DNA of 64,000 bases from an uncultured Verrucomicrobiae bacterium (lineage in GTDB: Bacteria; Verrucomicrobiota; Verrucomicrobiia; Limisphaerales; Palsa-1400). The translations under genes and the position numbers were made by a program. This document shows positions 21,130 to 31,055 of the stretch, piece by piece. A model generated the notes under the pieces. The model saw nothing but the letters and a program-made list of their open reading frames with translations. It did no database searches and was not told the origin of the DNA. The stretch covers positions 2,816,001 through 2,880,000 of the forward strand of contig OY969763.1 in assembly GCA_963702845.1 (NCBI GenBank), in the 5' to 3' direction. Within the stretch, counting starts at the first letter, position 1. Every line of letters begins with the position of its first letter.

Positions 21130-21507
21130 TTGAACATTATAAAAACATTACCGTTTATTCTGCTGCTGGCTCTTGTTGGTTGTGACCGTTCCGGGCAGGA
21201 AGCTGTTTTGGCGCAAACCAGCGAACAAGTCCGGCAATGGGTTCCGATGAGGAGTTCTCTCACTACCGCGCGGCAGAGGATGGAGCAGCATCAATACAGG
21301 TGCTCCGTGACTTCATTCGATAGCCTCGAGGAGATGCAGCGGGTGCGACCGAAAGAAACTGCGATCTGGAAGGAGCGAGTGATCCGAGATCACGTGACAC
21401 AAGCCATCACCAATGTCACCTATTTGGAATGCAAGCAAGAGCATCTGGTCGTTCTTTTACGGTTGGTCAATGGTGAGACGAGCGGAATCTTTTCGGCACA
21501 ACATTAG
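21130..21507 (+). CDS. Cassette A5: lipoprotein
   Basis: LLALVGC lipobox. Confidence 0.65.
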   Translation: MNIIKTLPFILLLALVGCDRSGQEAVLAQTSEQVRQWVPMRSSLTTARQRMEQHQYRCSVTSFDSLEEMQRVRPKETAIWKERVIRDHVTQAITNVTYLECKQEHLVVLLRLVNGETSGIFSAQH

Positions 21508-21599
21508 GCATCATGTGTGCGTCTACACCAAAGGCGGCTAGAATCTGGAAACGGATACTCCTGATGGCAGAAGGTTGTTATATATTTTATGACGCTGAT

Positions 21600-21698
21600 G
21601 CCCAACCATGCGCTTGAGCCAACGCCGGTTTGCGTTGGCAATTCCGCTTACGCGGTCGACATCAGGTGTCCGACGTGGCTCAGCTTGGGTTGTTAAGC
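21600..21698 (+). other. attC site
   Basis: GCCCAAC...GAGCC...GGCTCAGC...GTTAAGC; same family as 17137 and 32975. Confidence 0.85.
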
Positions 21699-21803
21699 CG
21701 CATTTAGAACGCCCTTCGATCGTATCTTTGTTGCGTTCGCTTTTCTCTCTTCCACGCAACTCCACCCTCGCCCTTCAAAACCAAACCCGATACAATCGCG
21801 CCC

Positions 21804-22616
21804 GTGAACGTCATCGCCGAGGAGCAAGCACAGTCAAGTCCGTTGCGAGAAACCCTCGCGTGCATGTTCTATCGATTCGAAGTCATCGCGTTGACGGCCT
21901 GGTTCGTGGCACGCTGGTTGGTTCACGGGGCCTACCTGCACGTTCCGCTTGAATTACCCTCCGTCGACGCCATTACCATCGTCGTCGCAACGCTCGCCAC
22001 CATCTTCGGGTTAAGCCGCTGGTGGCCGAACCAAAATGTCATCGCCGTCTCCTTCCTCACCGTCGCCCTGTCCGGAGTCCTCGAACACGTTCTCACCATC
22101 AGCACAGGCTCGGCCTATCCCGACACCGCTGGCACTGCATTTTTCGGTGTGCCCTGGACTTTGCCGCTCCTCTGGCTCGTCGCCATGCTCAACGCCCGCA
22201 GCGTCGCTCGAATGGTTTTGTGGCCAAAACGCGAAAAAGGCAGCTACGGTTTATGGCTGATTCTCTACACCTCGGTCATGACCGCCTTGGTTCTGCTGGT
22301 AAACGAAGCCGTCTCCGGACGATTCTACAACTGGGGCGCGCTCGTCGCCTTTTGCGCTGTTCGCTTTCTCGCCGCCGTATTCTTTCTCGCCATCGTCGCC
22401 CCGTTCTTAATTCCAAAAGGCGGCGTCATTCCTCCACCGGATTGCGGCCCTGTCACCATCTGGGCAGTTCTCAACGCCTACCTCATCATTGTCGCTGCAA
22501 TCGTACACTCTTGGGAATCCTTTGGCATTCTCGTCGTCCTGAATGGAATCCTGACAACCATCGGGCTGCGCTGGCGCAAAAAACGAAAACCCAAAGCCGC
22601 TACGCAGCAGATATAG
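21804..22616 (+). CDS. Carotenoid biosynthesis (CruF-like) membrane protein
   Basis: Multiple TM segments; Y...G..FFGVPWTLPLLW motif. Confidence 0.6.
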   Translation: MNVIAEEQAQSSPLRETLACMFYRFEVIALTAWFVARWLVHGAYLHVPLELPSVDAITIVVATLATIFGLSRWWPNQNVIAVSFLTVALSGVLEHVLTISTGSAYPDTAGTAFFGVPWTLPLLWLVAMLNARSVARMVLWPKREKGSYGLWLILYTSVMTALVLLVNEAVSGRFYNWGALVAFCAVRFLAAVFFLAIVAPFLIPKGGVIPPPDCGPVTIWAVLNAYLIIVAAIVHSWESFGILVVLNGILTTIGLRWRKKRKPKAATQQI

Positions 22617-23421
22617 CCAGCTCGAACGACGGCACCAGCTCGAACTTCAACGTCACCGGCGACGCTGCCCGCAACGCTTCGCGCATCTTCTCCTCATCCG
22701 CAAACGTGTTCAGCAAATGCCGCCCTTCGCACACGATCTGCAATGGCTCCTCAGAACGAAACGGCCACGGATCAAACCGAACCACATGACCATCCCGGAT
22801 GCTCATCGTCAGATTCATTTGTCCGGCGGCACACGGCACATTTTCAATCACTCGCTCCTCTTCAAAACCGATACACAACGACAGCGATATCCAATCCCAC
22901 ACCGACACTAACCGCGCGTTGCGATCAATGTTTTCGTCCGCCGCCCATTCGCCATAATAAAAATCATTCTGCAACGAAGTCACCAGTGTTCGCTGCCGTT
23001 CTTCCTGGTCGCGCAAAAATTTCTTTTCCAATTCGAACTCACGCGGGGAATTGAATTTCCGACGCCCATCACAGAGGTGGGTAAAATGGAGCGACACCAA
23101 CAGCGCCGGATACCGCCCATACCGCATCATCTTCTGAATACTCTTATGCCACAGTGCCAGCCTGGCTTCGGTCGGCAGTTCCAGAAATGAATACGGCAAG
23201 CCGGTTTTGGCATTAAGCGTCGGCGAATGTTCCCAGTTTAAGTAACCGATATCATGAAGAGCTGCCGCGATGTAAACATCCGCATCCGGTTCAAACGTGC
23301 CAAACGTGTCATTTCCCCAACGGCGCGCAACCTGTCCGGCGACCCATGCGTGAGCCGGTTGACTGATAACAACGATCCCCTCCTCCTCATGCACCCGGTG
23401 CAACATGATGAAACGTAGCAC
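22600..23421 (-). CDS. DUF3891-like protein
   Basis: ISQPAHAWVAGQVARRWGN, HDIGY, ALLVSLH, DWISL, DPWPF. Confidence 0.75.
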   Translation of the reverse strand: MLRFIMLHRVHEEEGIVVISQPAHAWVAGQVARRWGNDTFGTFEPDADVYIAAALHDIGYLNWEHSPTLNAKTGLPYSFLELPTEARLALWHKSIQKMMRYGRYPALLVSLHFTHLCDGRRKFNSPREFELEKKFLRDQEERQRTLVTSLQNDFYYGEWAADENIDRNARLVSVWDWISLSLCIGFEEERVIENVPCAAGQMNLTMSIRDGHVVRFDPWPFRSEEPLQIVCEGRHLLNTFADEEKMREALRAASPVTLKFELVPSFELAISAA

Positions 23422-23565
23422 AACCCCACCATTTCGCTTTTCGGGCGTGCGGGCTGCGAGGCCGACGTTCGGCTCCCGGCCGCAGCAACGTCAAGAGCAC
23501 CCCTGGTTACGAATTACCTCAACGCTCCTCCACAAAGTCATCAAAAACCGCCAAAAAATAAATTT

Positions 23566-23592
23566 TCACTTGGACAGCCTTTGTCCAAGTGA
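23566..23592. promoter_or_regulatory. Palindromic operator-like site TCACTTGGAC-N7-GTCCAAGTGA
   Basis: Second copy of 442-468, also flanked by an AAATTTT tract. Confidence 0.6.
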
Positions 23593-23860
23593 CCTTGCTA
23601 ACCTCGCCCCATGAAAATTGAAATATCCGAAGTATTCGTGCTCCACACCGACTCCATCAACACCGAGGCAACACCCGCACCTATCGGCATAGCCGCCCTC
23701 GAACCTCGCACAAGTCCGGTCGGCACCAACACCAAATCCCGCCGATTTCCGGCTTTTGCCGCTTTATCCCGCTTTTTCTCACTAAAACTAAAAAGATGTT
23801 ATGCCACCCACGATCGCTCCTTCCAAATCGGCGTGACAAACCCGTGACAGAATCGCGCTT

Positions 23861-23910
23861 CATGACGCTCCATAACGGTTCATAACGCCTCATAACGGCT
23901 TATAACGGTT
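23861..23910. repeat. Five 10-bp tandem repeats
   Basis: catgacgctc cataacggtt cataacgcct cataacggct tataacggtt, then gtttttaaaaaaataaaatttt. Confidence 0.8.
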
Positions 23911-23964
23911 GTTTTTAAAAAAATAAAATTTTCGAATTCGTGCCCCGACGCATACAGTTGACTC

Positions 23965-25218
23965 GTGCAGTATCAACCCAGCACATGGGCGATGATCCCA
24001 TTTGGAATCGTTCTAATGGCAATTGCCATTGGCCCGACGCTCTTCCATGCCTGGTGGAACAAACACTATTCCAAAGTCACGCTATCGCTTGCTGCGATCA
24101 CATTGGCATACTACCTGTTCGCCGTTCCAAGCGGGATAACCACCGTCTTCCATACCGCTCACGAATACTTCGGCTTCATCGCGCTCATCGGCTCGCTCTA
24201 CGTCGTTTCCGGCGGCATCCACATCCACGTAGGCCGCGAGGCCACCCCCGCCTTGAACGTTCTCTTCCTCTTCATCGGCGCAGTGCTTGCGAATATCCTG
24301 GGCACAACCGGTGCCTCGATGTTGCTCATTCGGCCGTGGCTGCGCATGAACCAACATCGGGCCGCGACCCATCACGTCGTGTTTTTCATTTTTATAGTCG
24401 CGAACATCGGCGGCTGTCTCACGCCCATCGGCGATCCTCCGCTCTTCCTCGGTTATTTGAAAGGCGTGCCCTTCTGGTGGGTAGTCCAAAAATGCTGGCC
24501 CATGTGGCTGATTGGAGTCGGCTTCCTGCTCGCAATCTTCTACGTGTTCGACCGCCGCAACTACGCGAAGGTAGGGCGCGTCGCTCCGCGCGCGCCGAAA
24601 CTGCCGCACGAAACAGACAAATGGAAATTCGAAGGCTTGGCCAACCTGGCCTGTCTGACCGTCGTTCTGGCTGGAGTGTTCGTCTCCAAACCCCTGCTCC
24701 TGCGCGAAACCATCATGATCGCCGCCGCCTTGGTCTCCTGGGTCACAACCAGGAAATCCGTCCACGACGCCAACCACTTCAACTGGCATCCGGTGATCGA
24801 AGTCGTCATCCTTTTCGCCGCCATCTTTTCCACCATGATGCCCGTCCTCGACTGGCTGCGTCTCAATGCCCACAACGTCTTCGGTTCCCCGCATGTTGGA
24901 ACATATTATTGGGTCAGTGGTTTGCTCTCCGGGGTGCTCGACAATGCCCCCACCTACCTGGCCTTCTTCACCATGATCTTCGGCGGCACCTATCCAGTCG
25001 GAGACCATCTGGATGTGTTTCTCGAAGCCATCAGCGTCGGCGCAGTTTTCTTCGGCGCAGCCACCTACATTGGCAACGGCCCCAATTTCATGGTGCGTTC
25101 GATCGCCATGCATCAAAAGGCCCCCGGCCCAACCTTCTTCGGCTACATCATAAAATGGGCCCTGCCCATCCTCGGACCATTGTTCGCGCTGCTCTGGTTT
25201 CTGTTCTTCCGCTCGTAG
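23965..25218 (+). CDS. Sodium:proton antiporter-like ion transporter (IT superfamily)
   Basis: GTTGASMLLIRP, NIGGCLTPIGDPPLFLG, LDNAPTY, TYIGNGPNFMV. Confidence 0.88.
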   Translation: MQYQPSTWAMIPFGIVLMAIAIGPTLFHAWWNKHYSKVTLSLAAITLAYYLFAVPSGITTVFHTAHEYFGFIALIGSLYVVSGGIHIHVGREATPALNVLFLFIGAVLANILGTTGASMLLIRPWLRMNQHRAATHHVVFFIFIVANIGGCLTPIGDPPLFLGYLKGVPFWWVVQKCWPMWLIGVGFLLAIFYVFDRRNYAKVGRVAPRAPKLPHETDKWKFEGLANLACLTVVLAGVFVSKPLLLRETIMIAAALVSWVTTRKSVHDANHFNWHPVIEVVILFAAIFSTMMPVLDWLRLNAHNVFGSPHVGTYYWVSGLLSGVLDNAPTYLAFFTMIFGGTYPVGDHLDVFLEAISVGAVFFGAATYIGNGPNFMVRSIAMHQKAPGPTFFGYIIKWALPILGPLFALLWFLFFRS

Positions 25219-25235
25219 CCGCCGACGCAATCCAA

Positions 25236-26015
25236 TTACACGTAACCGAGGCGTTTCATCGCCGTCCCGTGATTTGCCATGAATTCCGCCTGCATCGATC
25301 CAGTGAAATAACTGCTGTAATCTGTACCTCCCTCGCGGATAAACATTTTATTTTTTTCCGTAGGGTTAAGGCCGCGACGAGGTTGGGCCGCATCCAATTT
25401 CGACATATTCTCGAAGCTGCATTGCTCCACGGCTTTTTCTATTCGGGCGAGGTCCACAGGAATTTTGCTGAAGACGCACATCCGGATGAGTTCGCCAACC
25501 GGGTTGAGCACCAAATCTTCGTAACGAACGAGCAGAAAGCGAGCGGGCGCGTGATCAATCCAGGAATTGAGGTGGTCGCTCCATCGTCCGTAACCTACGT
25601 TGCCCTGATTGAAGGTGAGCAGGAATTGCTCGAACGTGCTGTCTTCGCTGATTTGTTTGTTCCGGCGATGAAAATGGAAATACGACACAGCCACTTCCCG
25701 GACATTGCGCACCAGGTAGATGACGTTCTGCATTTCCGAACAGTAAGAGAAATGGCTTTTGATGAAGCGCGGCCGCGATTTGAGTTGCTTGATCGATTCG
25801 GGCCGCTCATGCATATCCGGCATGATGTCGTGGACGCTGAAGAAATCGACTTTGCTGCCGGAAAGGTAACTAGCGATCAGAAATCGCAACCAGGTATTGC
25901 CGGAGCGTGGATAGGAAACGAGAAAAACATCATCATCCGCCGAAGTGAACGGCAACGTGGAATTGCGCTTACTGACGGTTTTCGGCCAGAGCTTTTCGGT
26001 AAACTTCAAAGGCAT
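25236..26015 (-). CDS. PAPS-dependent sulfotransferase
   Basis: SYPRSGNTW, IKSH, RNVREVAVS, RYEDL. Confidence 0.9.
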   Translation of the reverse strand: MPLKFTEKLWPKTVSKRNSTLPFTSADDDVFLVSYPRSGNTWLRFLIASYLSGSKVDFFSVHDIMPDMHERPESIKQLKSRPRFIKSHFSYCSEMQNVIYLVRNVREVAVSYFHFHRRNKQISEDSTFEQFLLTFNQGNVGYGRWSDHLNSWIDHAPARFLLVRYEDLVLNPVGELIRMCVFSKIPVDLARIEKAVEQCSFENMSKLDAAQPRRGLNPTEKNKMFIREGGTDYSSYFTGSMQAEFMANHGTAMKRLGYV

Positions 26016-26347
26016 AGCGAAACGTTGTTAAACTGTTCATCTCGCTCCTTTGGTTGCGGCGACGACATCGCCTTTATTGCACGCAAACCCTGTACAGTTC
26101 TGCGCACTAAGAGGAACGCTTTTTTGTTAGCTGCCAACAATATTGGCGAGCTTGGGACTTTTGTAGTGTCTTCCCTCTCACTCGTCAAGCTTTTCCCTCT
26201 CATTTTCAATGGGGTATACCTCACATTCCTCAACTCACCACAAATGTCAGTTCGAGCTATTGAAACAAACCCGTTTCAAAACCGCGTCCACCCCATTGCG
26301 TTGTCCCTCGACTCTAAAAGCCTTTCCGGCCAAAATGAACGAAAGCC

Positions 26348-27544
26348 ATGAATCGTCGGTTGTTGTTGTATTTATCCCTAGCTTGCAATGTTAGCCTCGT
26401 CGTTTTTTTTGGTGTTCGACACTACGATTCAAAGCCAATTCAATCGCCAGCGGAACATCAAGGAACAAACCTCGCGGCCGCATCCACCCTTTCGAAAGTA
26501 ATCCGATTAAATTGGCAATCGGTGGAAACGTCGGATTACAGGCAATACATTCGTAATCTGCGTGCGATCGGGTGCCCGGAGGAAACGGTTTATGACATCA
26601 TCGTTGCAGACGTAAACACCCTTTATGCACTTCGCTTGAAGACCGCAGACTCCGCCGCTCCCTGGCGATATTGGGATGCGGAAGATGAGATCGTTTCGCG
26701 CGAGGAGACCGCCCATCAACGGATGCGACGCGATTTAGAAAAAGAAAAGACGGCTTTGATTAAAAACCTTCTCGGAGCCGATGCCGTCGAGCGGATGAAA
26801 AAATATCAGCTTTGGGGCGGAGAAGAAAACGTCAATCGCAAGCTGGCGTTTTTGCCCGAGGAAAAGCGAGAGTCGCTCAAAGCGCTTCAGCAGCGGTATT
26901 ACGAAATGGAGCAAGAGGCCATGGAATGGGACGCGAACAGCGTATTGACTGATCGCAGCCGCGAAAAAATCATCGAGTTGCGCAAGGTAGAGGATGCAGA
27001 ACTGCGCGCCCAACTTTCGCCGACGGAGCTACAGGAATATGATTTTCGCTTTTCGGAAACGGCTTCGCACCTGCGCCGCGAACTGAATGGGTTCCATCCC
27101 ACGGAACAGGAATTTCGCCAGCTGTATGAATTGCGCAAAACTTACGAGCAGCAGATGGGCGCGAGCCTTGATGTCAGTGATCCAAACGTCATCAAGGCGC
27201 GCGAGGAAAACGAACAACGGCTCGTTCAGCGCGGTAAAGAAATTCTGGGCGAATCGCGCCACGCGGAATTCGTTCGTTCGCAGGACGTGGATTACCAGAA
27301 CGCGTTGCGGCTAACGAAATACATGAATTTGCCTGAAACCGCCGCGGCCGAAGTTTACACGCTCAAGCAACAACAGGACGCTGAAGTTACCAAACTGCGC
27401 AGCAATCCTGACGCTGACGAGGAACAACGCCTCAGACTATTTTTCAATCTCCAGCAAGAGGGTGATGCGCGCTTGCAGCAAATTCTTGGACCTCAGGGCT
27501 TCGATACCTATCGCCAAAACAATCGTTGGTGGATGCGCAATTAA
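26348..27544 (+). CDS. Membrane-anchored helical hypothetical protein
   Basis: N-terminal TM; WQSVETSDYRQYIRNLRAIGCPEET; long helical region. Confidence 0.8.
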   Translation: MNRRLLLYLSLACNVSLVVFFGVRHYDSKPIQSPAEHQGTNLAAASTLSKVIRLNWQSVETSDYRQYIRNLRAIGCPEETVYDIIVADVNTLYALRLKTADSAAPWRYWDAEDEIVSREETAHQRMRRDLEKEKTALIKNLLGADAVERMKKYQLWGGEENVNRKLAFLPEEKRESLKALQQRYYEMEQEAMEWDANSVLTDRSREKIIELRKVEDAELRAQLSPTELQEYDFRFSETASHLRRELNGFHPTEQEFRQLYELRKTYEQQMGASLDVSDPNVIKAREENEQRLVQRGKEILGESRHAEFVRSQDVDYQNALRLTKYMNLPETAAAEVYTLKQQQDAEVTKLRSNPDADEEQRLRLFFNLQQEGDARLQQILGPQGFDTYRQNNRWWMRN

Positions 27545-27571
27545 AAACCCGGCGTTGTTGAACGCCGGGTT
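27545..27571. terminator. Intrinsic terminator-like hairpin between convergent genes
   Basis: aacccggcgtt-gttg-aacgccgggtt. Confidence 0.6.
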
Positions 27572-27601
27572 GCTCAAGTTCGAGCTGGAGATGCGGTCAG
27601 C

Positions 27602-28414
27602 TTACAGGTTATCAACCTTCGCTTCAATCACGGATTGAATGCTCGAAGGCACCGCCGAAAAGAAATTGTAACCGGTCCACGATTCGATCTGGTTTACGGA
27701 CGTGCGGTAGTTCTTCCAGTTGGCCGAGCGGATACCGCTGTTATTCGGGATGTCCACGGCAATCAGACGGGTGGAGGTGGTCACACGTGAAACGTCACTG
27801 GAACCATTTGGCAAGACCATGATGACCTTCCAAGTCGAGGTGGGGACCAGCACTCGTCCGCTATCGATGGTGGCTTTGGAACCGCGTCCACCGCTGATGA
27901 TATAAAGTTCATTTCCCGCCGAAACGAGGGATCGGCAATAATCTTCCAATACAGCCCACGGCCCCTGGTTATTGTCCGGGGTCTGCGGCACGATGTTCGA
28001 CATATAAAACGTCGCGGCATTGTCGGTCGAACTGGCGGTGCGGTCAGCCGAAGGGCACATATGTCCGCGATCATAGCCGCTGCTGGTGTAACTGCCAGTG
28101 GTCACATGATACCATGCTGATGGCAAATTCGAGTCAGACTTGAAACAATCGCAACGCGCGGCACTTCCTAAATCCAGCGGTCCAAGATGCCAGCTCACCC
28201 AATTCGGCACGCCATGGTCACGATGATAAGAATGCGCATATTGCGGCTTGGACATCAGATAATTGGAGGGGAAGTTAACATCGGTGGTCGCTCCACTCGG
28301 ATTTCCCATGGTGAGTTGAACGCTGGCGGTGGACTGGGCGACTACCGCGCTGGCGGTGAGCAGCAGCAGACAGGCTGTAGCTGCAATACGGCGGGTGAGG
28401 TTATTTTTCGACAT
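27602..28414 (-). CDS. Secreted DNA/RNA non-specific endonuclease (NucA-like)
   Basis: YDRGHMCPSADR, NIVPQ..NNQGPW; signal peptide. Confidence 0.93.
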   Translation of the reverse strand: MSKNNLTRRIAATACLLLLTASAVVAQSTASVQLTMGNPSGATTDVNFPSNYLMSKPQYAHSYHRDHGVPNWVSWHLGPLDLGSAARCDCFKSDSNLPSAWYHVTTGSYTSSGYDRGHMCPSADRTASSTDNAATFYMSNIVPQTPDNNQGPWAVLEDYCRSLVSAGNELYIISGGRGSKATIDSGRVLVPTSTWKVIMVLPNGSSDVSRVTTSTRLIAVDIPNNSGIRSANWKNYRTSVNQIESWTGYNFFSAVPSSIQSVIEAKVDNL

Positions 28415-28633
28415 AGGCTTTTTTGATTTTTTGGTTTAAGTGCCGAGGGTCGACTGCGATTGTTAAAGAACCAAAGAAGGGCTGTCAACCGGTTTCGCTC
28501 TGGCGCTCGTTTTAATTTCCAAAGCTCAACAAACAATTAAAGATGGAAAGCGACGGAAGGGACGAACTGAAATCAATCGCACGATGAAGCTGGATCCGTT
28601 GCCAATGCGCTGCTGACGATTCTATGGGCGGGT

Positions 28634-28660
28634 TTCTTCCGCTCGTAGCCGCCAACGTAA
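28634..28660 (+). repeat. Direct repeat of the antiporter 3' end (25204-25230), running into a GTAG-type REP
   Basis: ttcttccgctcgtagccgcc(g/a)acg(c/t)aa; upstream reads LLTILWAGFFRS* versus LFALLWFLFFRS*. Confidence 0.7.
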
Positions 28661-28894
28661 GGCGGCGGATTATTTCGACGTCGCAATTCGCTGCGTTTCA
28701 CGGTTGTTCAACGTCCGGTGAACACGCAGACAATCACCCTGCTTTATGACTTCTTCTGGCACCAAGTAGCGAAATCACTACTTAGCGCAAATAGATTCAC
28801 GATTGACCCGCATCAAAGACGCCTCTGTCAAACAATGTCACACTCGCAAAAAGCACTGGGATGCGTCGGGCTCTCGGCGAGAAAGATACAGAAT

Positions 28895-29018
28895 CCCCCT
28901 CAATGACTTGAGGCGGAGGCGTCGGCGGGTTAACGACAAAGTCGCGAAACGACACAATCTCCGGCAAAGGCTGCGGCACAGCGCCAAGATCAACCGCAAT
29001 GTCAATTTGCTCGCTCAT
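28895..29018 (-). pseudogene. 5' fragment of a RepA/AAA_25-like helicase gene
   Basis: MSEQIDIAVDLGAVPQPLPEIVSFRDFVVNPPTPPPQVIEG, truncated before any Walker A motif. Confidence 0.55.
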
Positions 29019-29038
29019 TCAAAGCACCTGCCTACCCT

Positions 29039-29716
29039 GTGAGCGTGGAACGCCGATGGAAAATTGCGCTTGCAGTCGTTGCGACTGCCGCGATTTCTGC
29101 CGCCGTTCTCCTGACAATCAGGAATGACGAGCCCACATACCAAGGCCGCAGGCTCTCTGAGTGGGTTATCGACGTCAGCACCTATCACTTCGGCATTAGA
29201 ACCAACGTGGCTGAAGGGAGCGTGCCGGTTGAGGCTGTCCTTGCAATAGGAACAAATGCTCTGCCATGGATGGTCAACTGGATTGCCTCCGAACCGACTG
29301 GACAATATGCCCAGTTGCGATGGGAGATTCCGGTGCTCAGCAAGCTCGCGGTACGCGAGACCGCCCTCGTAAGGGGATCGCGCGATATGCTCAATCACTA
29401 TGAGACCAACACAGATCCCGCTGTTCCTTTGATAACCGAACAATTGCAACGCTTGCAACCGTCGCCTGCCGTCGAAGAGCTGGGCTACACACTTCTCAGT
29501 ATCGGGTCCCCCGCCGCGGTAGCAGCACTCTGCAATTGTATCACGAACACGAAAATGTCCGTCGATAATCGGCTGCTCCTGATCTACGAGCTTGAAACGC
29601 ACTGGAGTGTGAGTGATCGCGATATGAACATGGAGGTGGCGTTGACTAACTGCCTTGCCGACCCAATGCCGGAAATTAGGGGAGCAGCTCAAAGATGTCT
29701 GCGGGCCCGCCAGTAG
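29039..29716 (+). CDS. Membrane-anchored HEAT-repeat-like protein 1 (GTG start at 29039 or 29045)
   Basis: TM segment, EPTYQGRRLSEW, IGTNALP, LADPMPEIRGAA. Confidence 0.75.
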   Translation: MSVERRWKIALAVVATAAISAAVLLTIRNDEPTYQGRRLSEWVIDVSTYHFGIRTNVAEGSVPVEAVLAIGTNALPWMVNWIASEPTGQYAQLRWEIPVLSKLAVRETALVRGSRDMLNHYETNTDPAVPLITEQLQRLQPSPAVEELGYTLLSIGSPAAVAALCNCITNTKMSVDNRLLLIYELETHWSVSDRDMNMEVALTNCLADPMPEIRGAAQRCLRARQ

Positions 29717-29769
29717 GCACCACAGTCCACCGATTGAACGAATTTCTTGTTCGGTTGAGTTCATTGAAC

Positions 29770-29880
29770 CCTCAACCCAACGAGTTTCTGCAGCCGTCCA
29801 TCCCTGAAAGCCCCCGGGACACGGACCGCTTGTCGCCACAGCGCCAAGATCAACCGCAATGTCAATTTGCTCGCTCATTC
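29770..29880 (-). repeat. Junction: helicase 5' end fused to primase 3' end
   Basis: Encodes MSEQIDIAVDLGAV joined out of frame to VRVPGAFRDGRLQKLVGLR. Confidence 0.85.
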
Positions 29881-29882
29881 CG

Positions 29883-30128
29883 TCATTTCACTCGCCACAA
29901 GCGCAAGTAGCGCCAATCGGGTTGTTGTTTGACACGAAGCTTCCAACCATTGCGCCGGCACGTCGCATAAATGTTCGGCATCGGCGGCTCGCACAGCAGC
30001 ACGCTGTCGCCGATTTCCATGCTCCGGATCAGCGTTGCCCATTTCGCGCCACGGGCCCAACGGTTGCCCACGGGTTTTGTGGGCGGGAGTGGAATGCTCT
30101 TGTCGATTTTGAACTCAGTCTCACTCAT
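29883..30128 (-). CDS. Small phage-type putative DNA-binding protein
   Basis: MSETEFKIDKSIPLP...MEIGDSV...LRLWRVK. Confidence 0.6.
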   Translation of the reverse strand: MSETEFKIDKSIPLPPTKPVGNRWARGAKWATLIRSMEIGDSVLLCEPPMPNIYATCRRNGWKLRVKQQPDWRYLRLWRVK

Positions 30129-30168
30129 AGTCATTTTCGCTCGCTCATTCAAAGCACCTGCCTACTCT

Positions 30169-30876
30169 GTGTACGTGAAGCGTCAGTGGAAAATTGCGAT
30201 TGCTGGTGCGGCGCTGATTGCAATCGTCGCCGCTATCAAGCTGACCGGCTCCGAACCGGAATACAAAGGCCGCAAACTTTCGGAGTGGATATCTGAGTGC
30301 AAGTACGCTTATTCGGAGGCACAGCCGAAGGAAGCCGCCCAAGCATTGCGTGAAATGTGCCCAACCGCTCTTCCGACACTTGTCGATTGGATAGGTTATG
30401 AAAAGTCGGATCAAACCAAGCGTGTGGAGAACTTCATCTGGGAGATTGCCGAGAAACTTGGCGTGGGAGCAAAGTTCGACCTTATGACGCGAAAAGGAGA
30501 AAACCGTGTAAACACGGCCTTCGACGCGTTCGAGGTCCTCGGGACAAATGCGGCGCCTGCCATTCCACAACTCTCGAATATGGTTATGAATGCAAACAAT
30601 CCCGGTACCGCCGCCAGTCGTGCGCTCTCGGCCCTTGCGTTGATTGGAAAATCGGGAAAACAAACGATTGTCTCGCTGCTGCACGATGCAAACAACCCCC
30701 ACCGCTCGCAAACTCTGGACGGCTTGTTTTACTTTTCTGTCGTGGATCGCGACACTCTCATAAAAGAAATCAACCAACACCTGACAAATTCCGACGTACA
30801 AACGCGCACAACCGCTACCAATCTTTTGCAATCTTTGCGCAAAGTGGAGAAGATGCGCAAATCGGCCGCGCAATAA
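30169..30876 (+). CDS. HEAT-repeat-like protein 2
   Basis: EPEYKGRKLSEW, LGTNAAPAIPQL, VQTRTTATNLL. Confidence 0.78.
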   Translation: MYVKRQWKIAIAGAALIAIVAAIKLTGSEPEYKGRKLSEWISECKYAYSEAQPKEAAQALREMCPTALPTLVDWIGYEKSDQTKRVENFIWEIAEKLGVGAKFDLMTRKGENRVNTAFDAFEVLGTNAAPAIPQLSNMVMNANNPGTAASRALSALALIGKSGKQTIVSLLHDANNPHRSQTLDGLFYFSVVDRDTLIKEINQHLTNSDVQTRTTATNLLQSLRKVEKMRKSAAQ

Positions 30877-30920
30877 CCGCACAAAACTGTTTGTCTCCGT
30901 TCTCATCCGTAATTTCACTC

Positions 30921-31055
30921 CCTCAACCAAACGAGTCTCTGCAGCCGCCCATCCCTGAAAGCCCCAGGAACACGAACCAGTTGCCGCCACAGCACCAAGA
31001 TCAACCGCAATGTCAATTTGCTCGCTCATTCAACGCACCTGCCTACTCTGTGAAC
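30921..31055 (-). repeat. Second helicase/primase junction plus cargo leader
   Basis: Highly similar to 29770-29880, with the same crossover point. Confidence 0.85.

Noticed and set aside
23940..26351. 803-aa ORF
   Set aside because: Out-of-frame and antisense shadow of the antiporter and sulfotransferase; no protein-like features.
29015..31029. Long minus-strand ORFs starting MSEQIDIAVDLGAV (287 and 294 aa)
   Set aside because: Only the first 14 codons are helicase-like; the rest is antisense to the HEAT-like genes.
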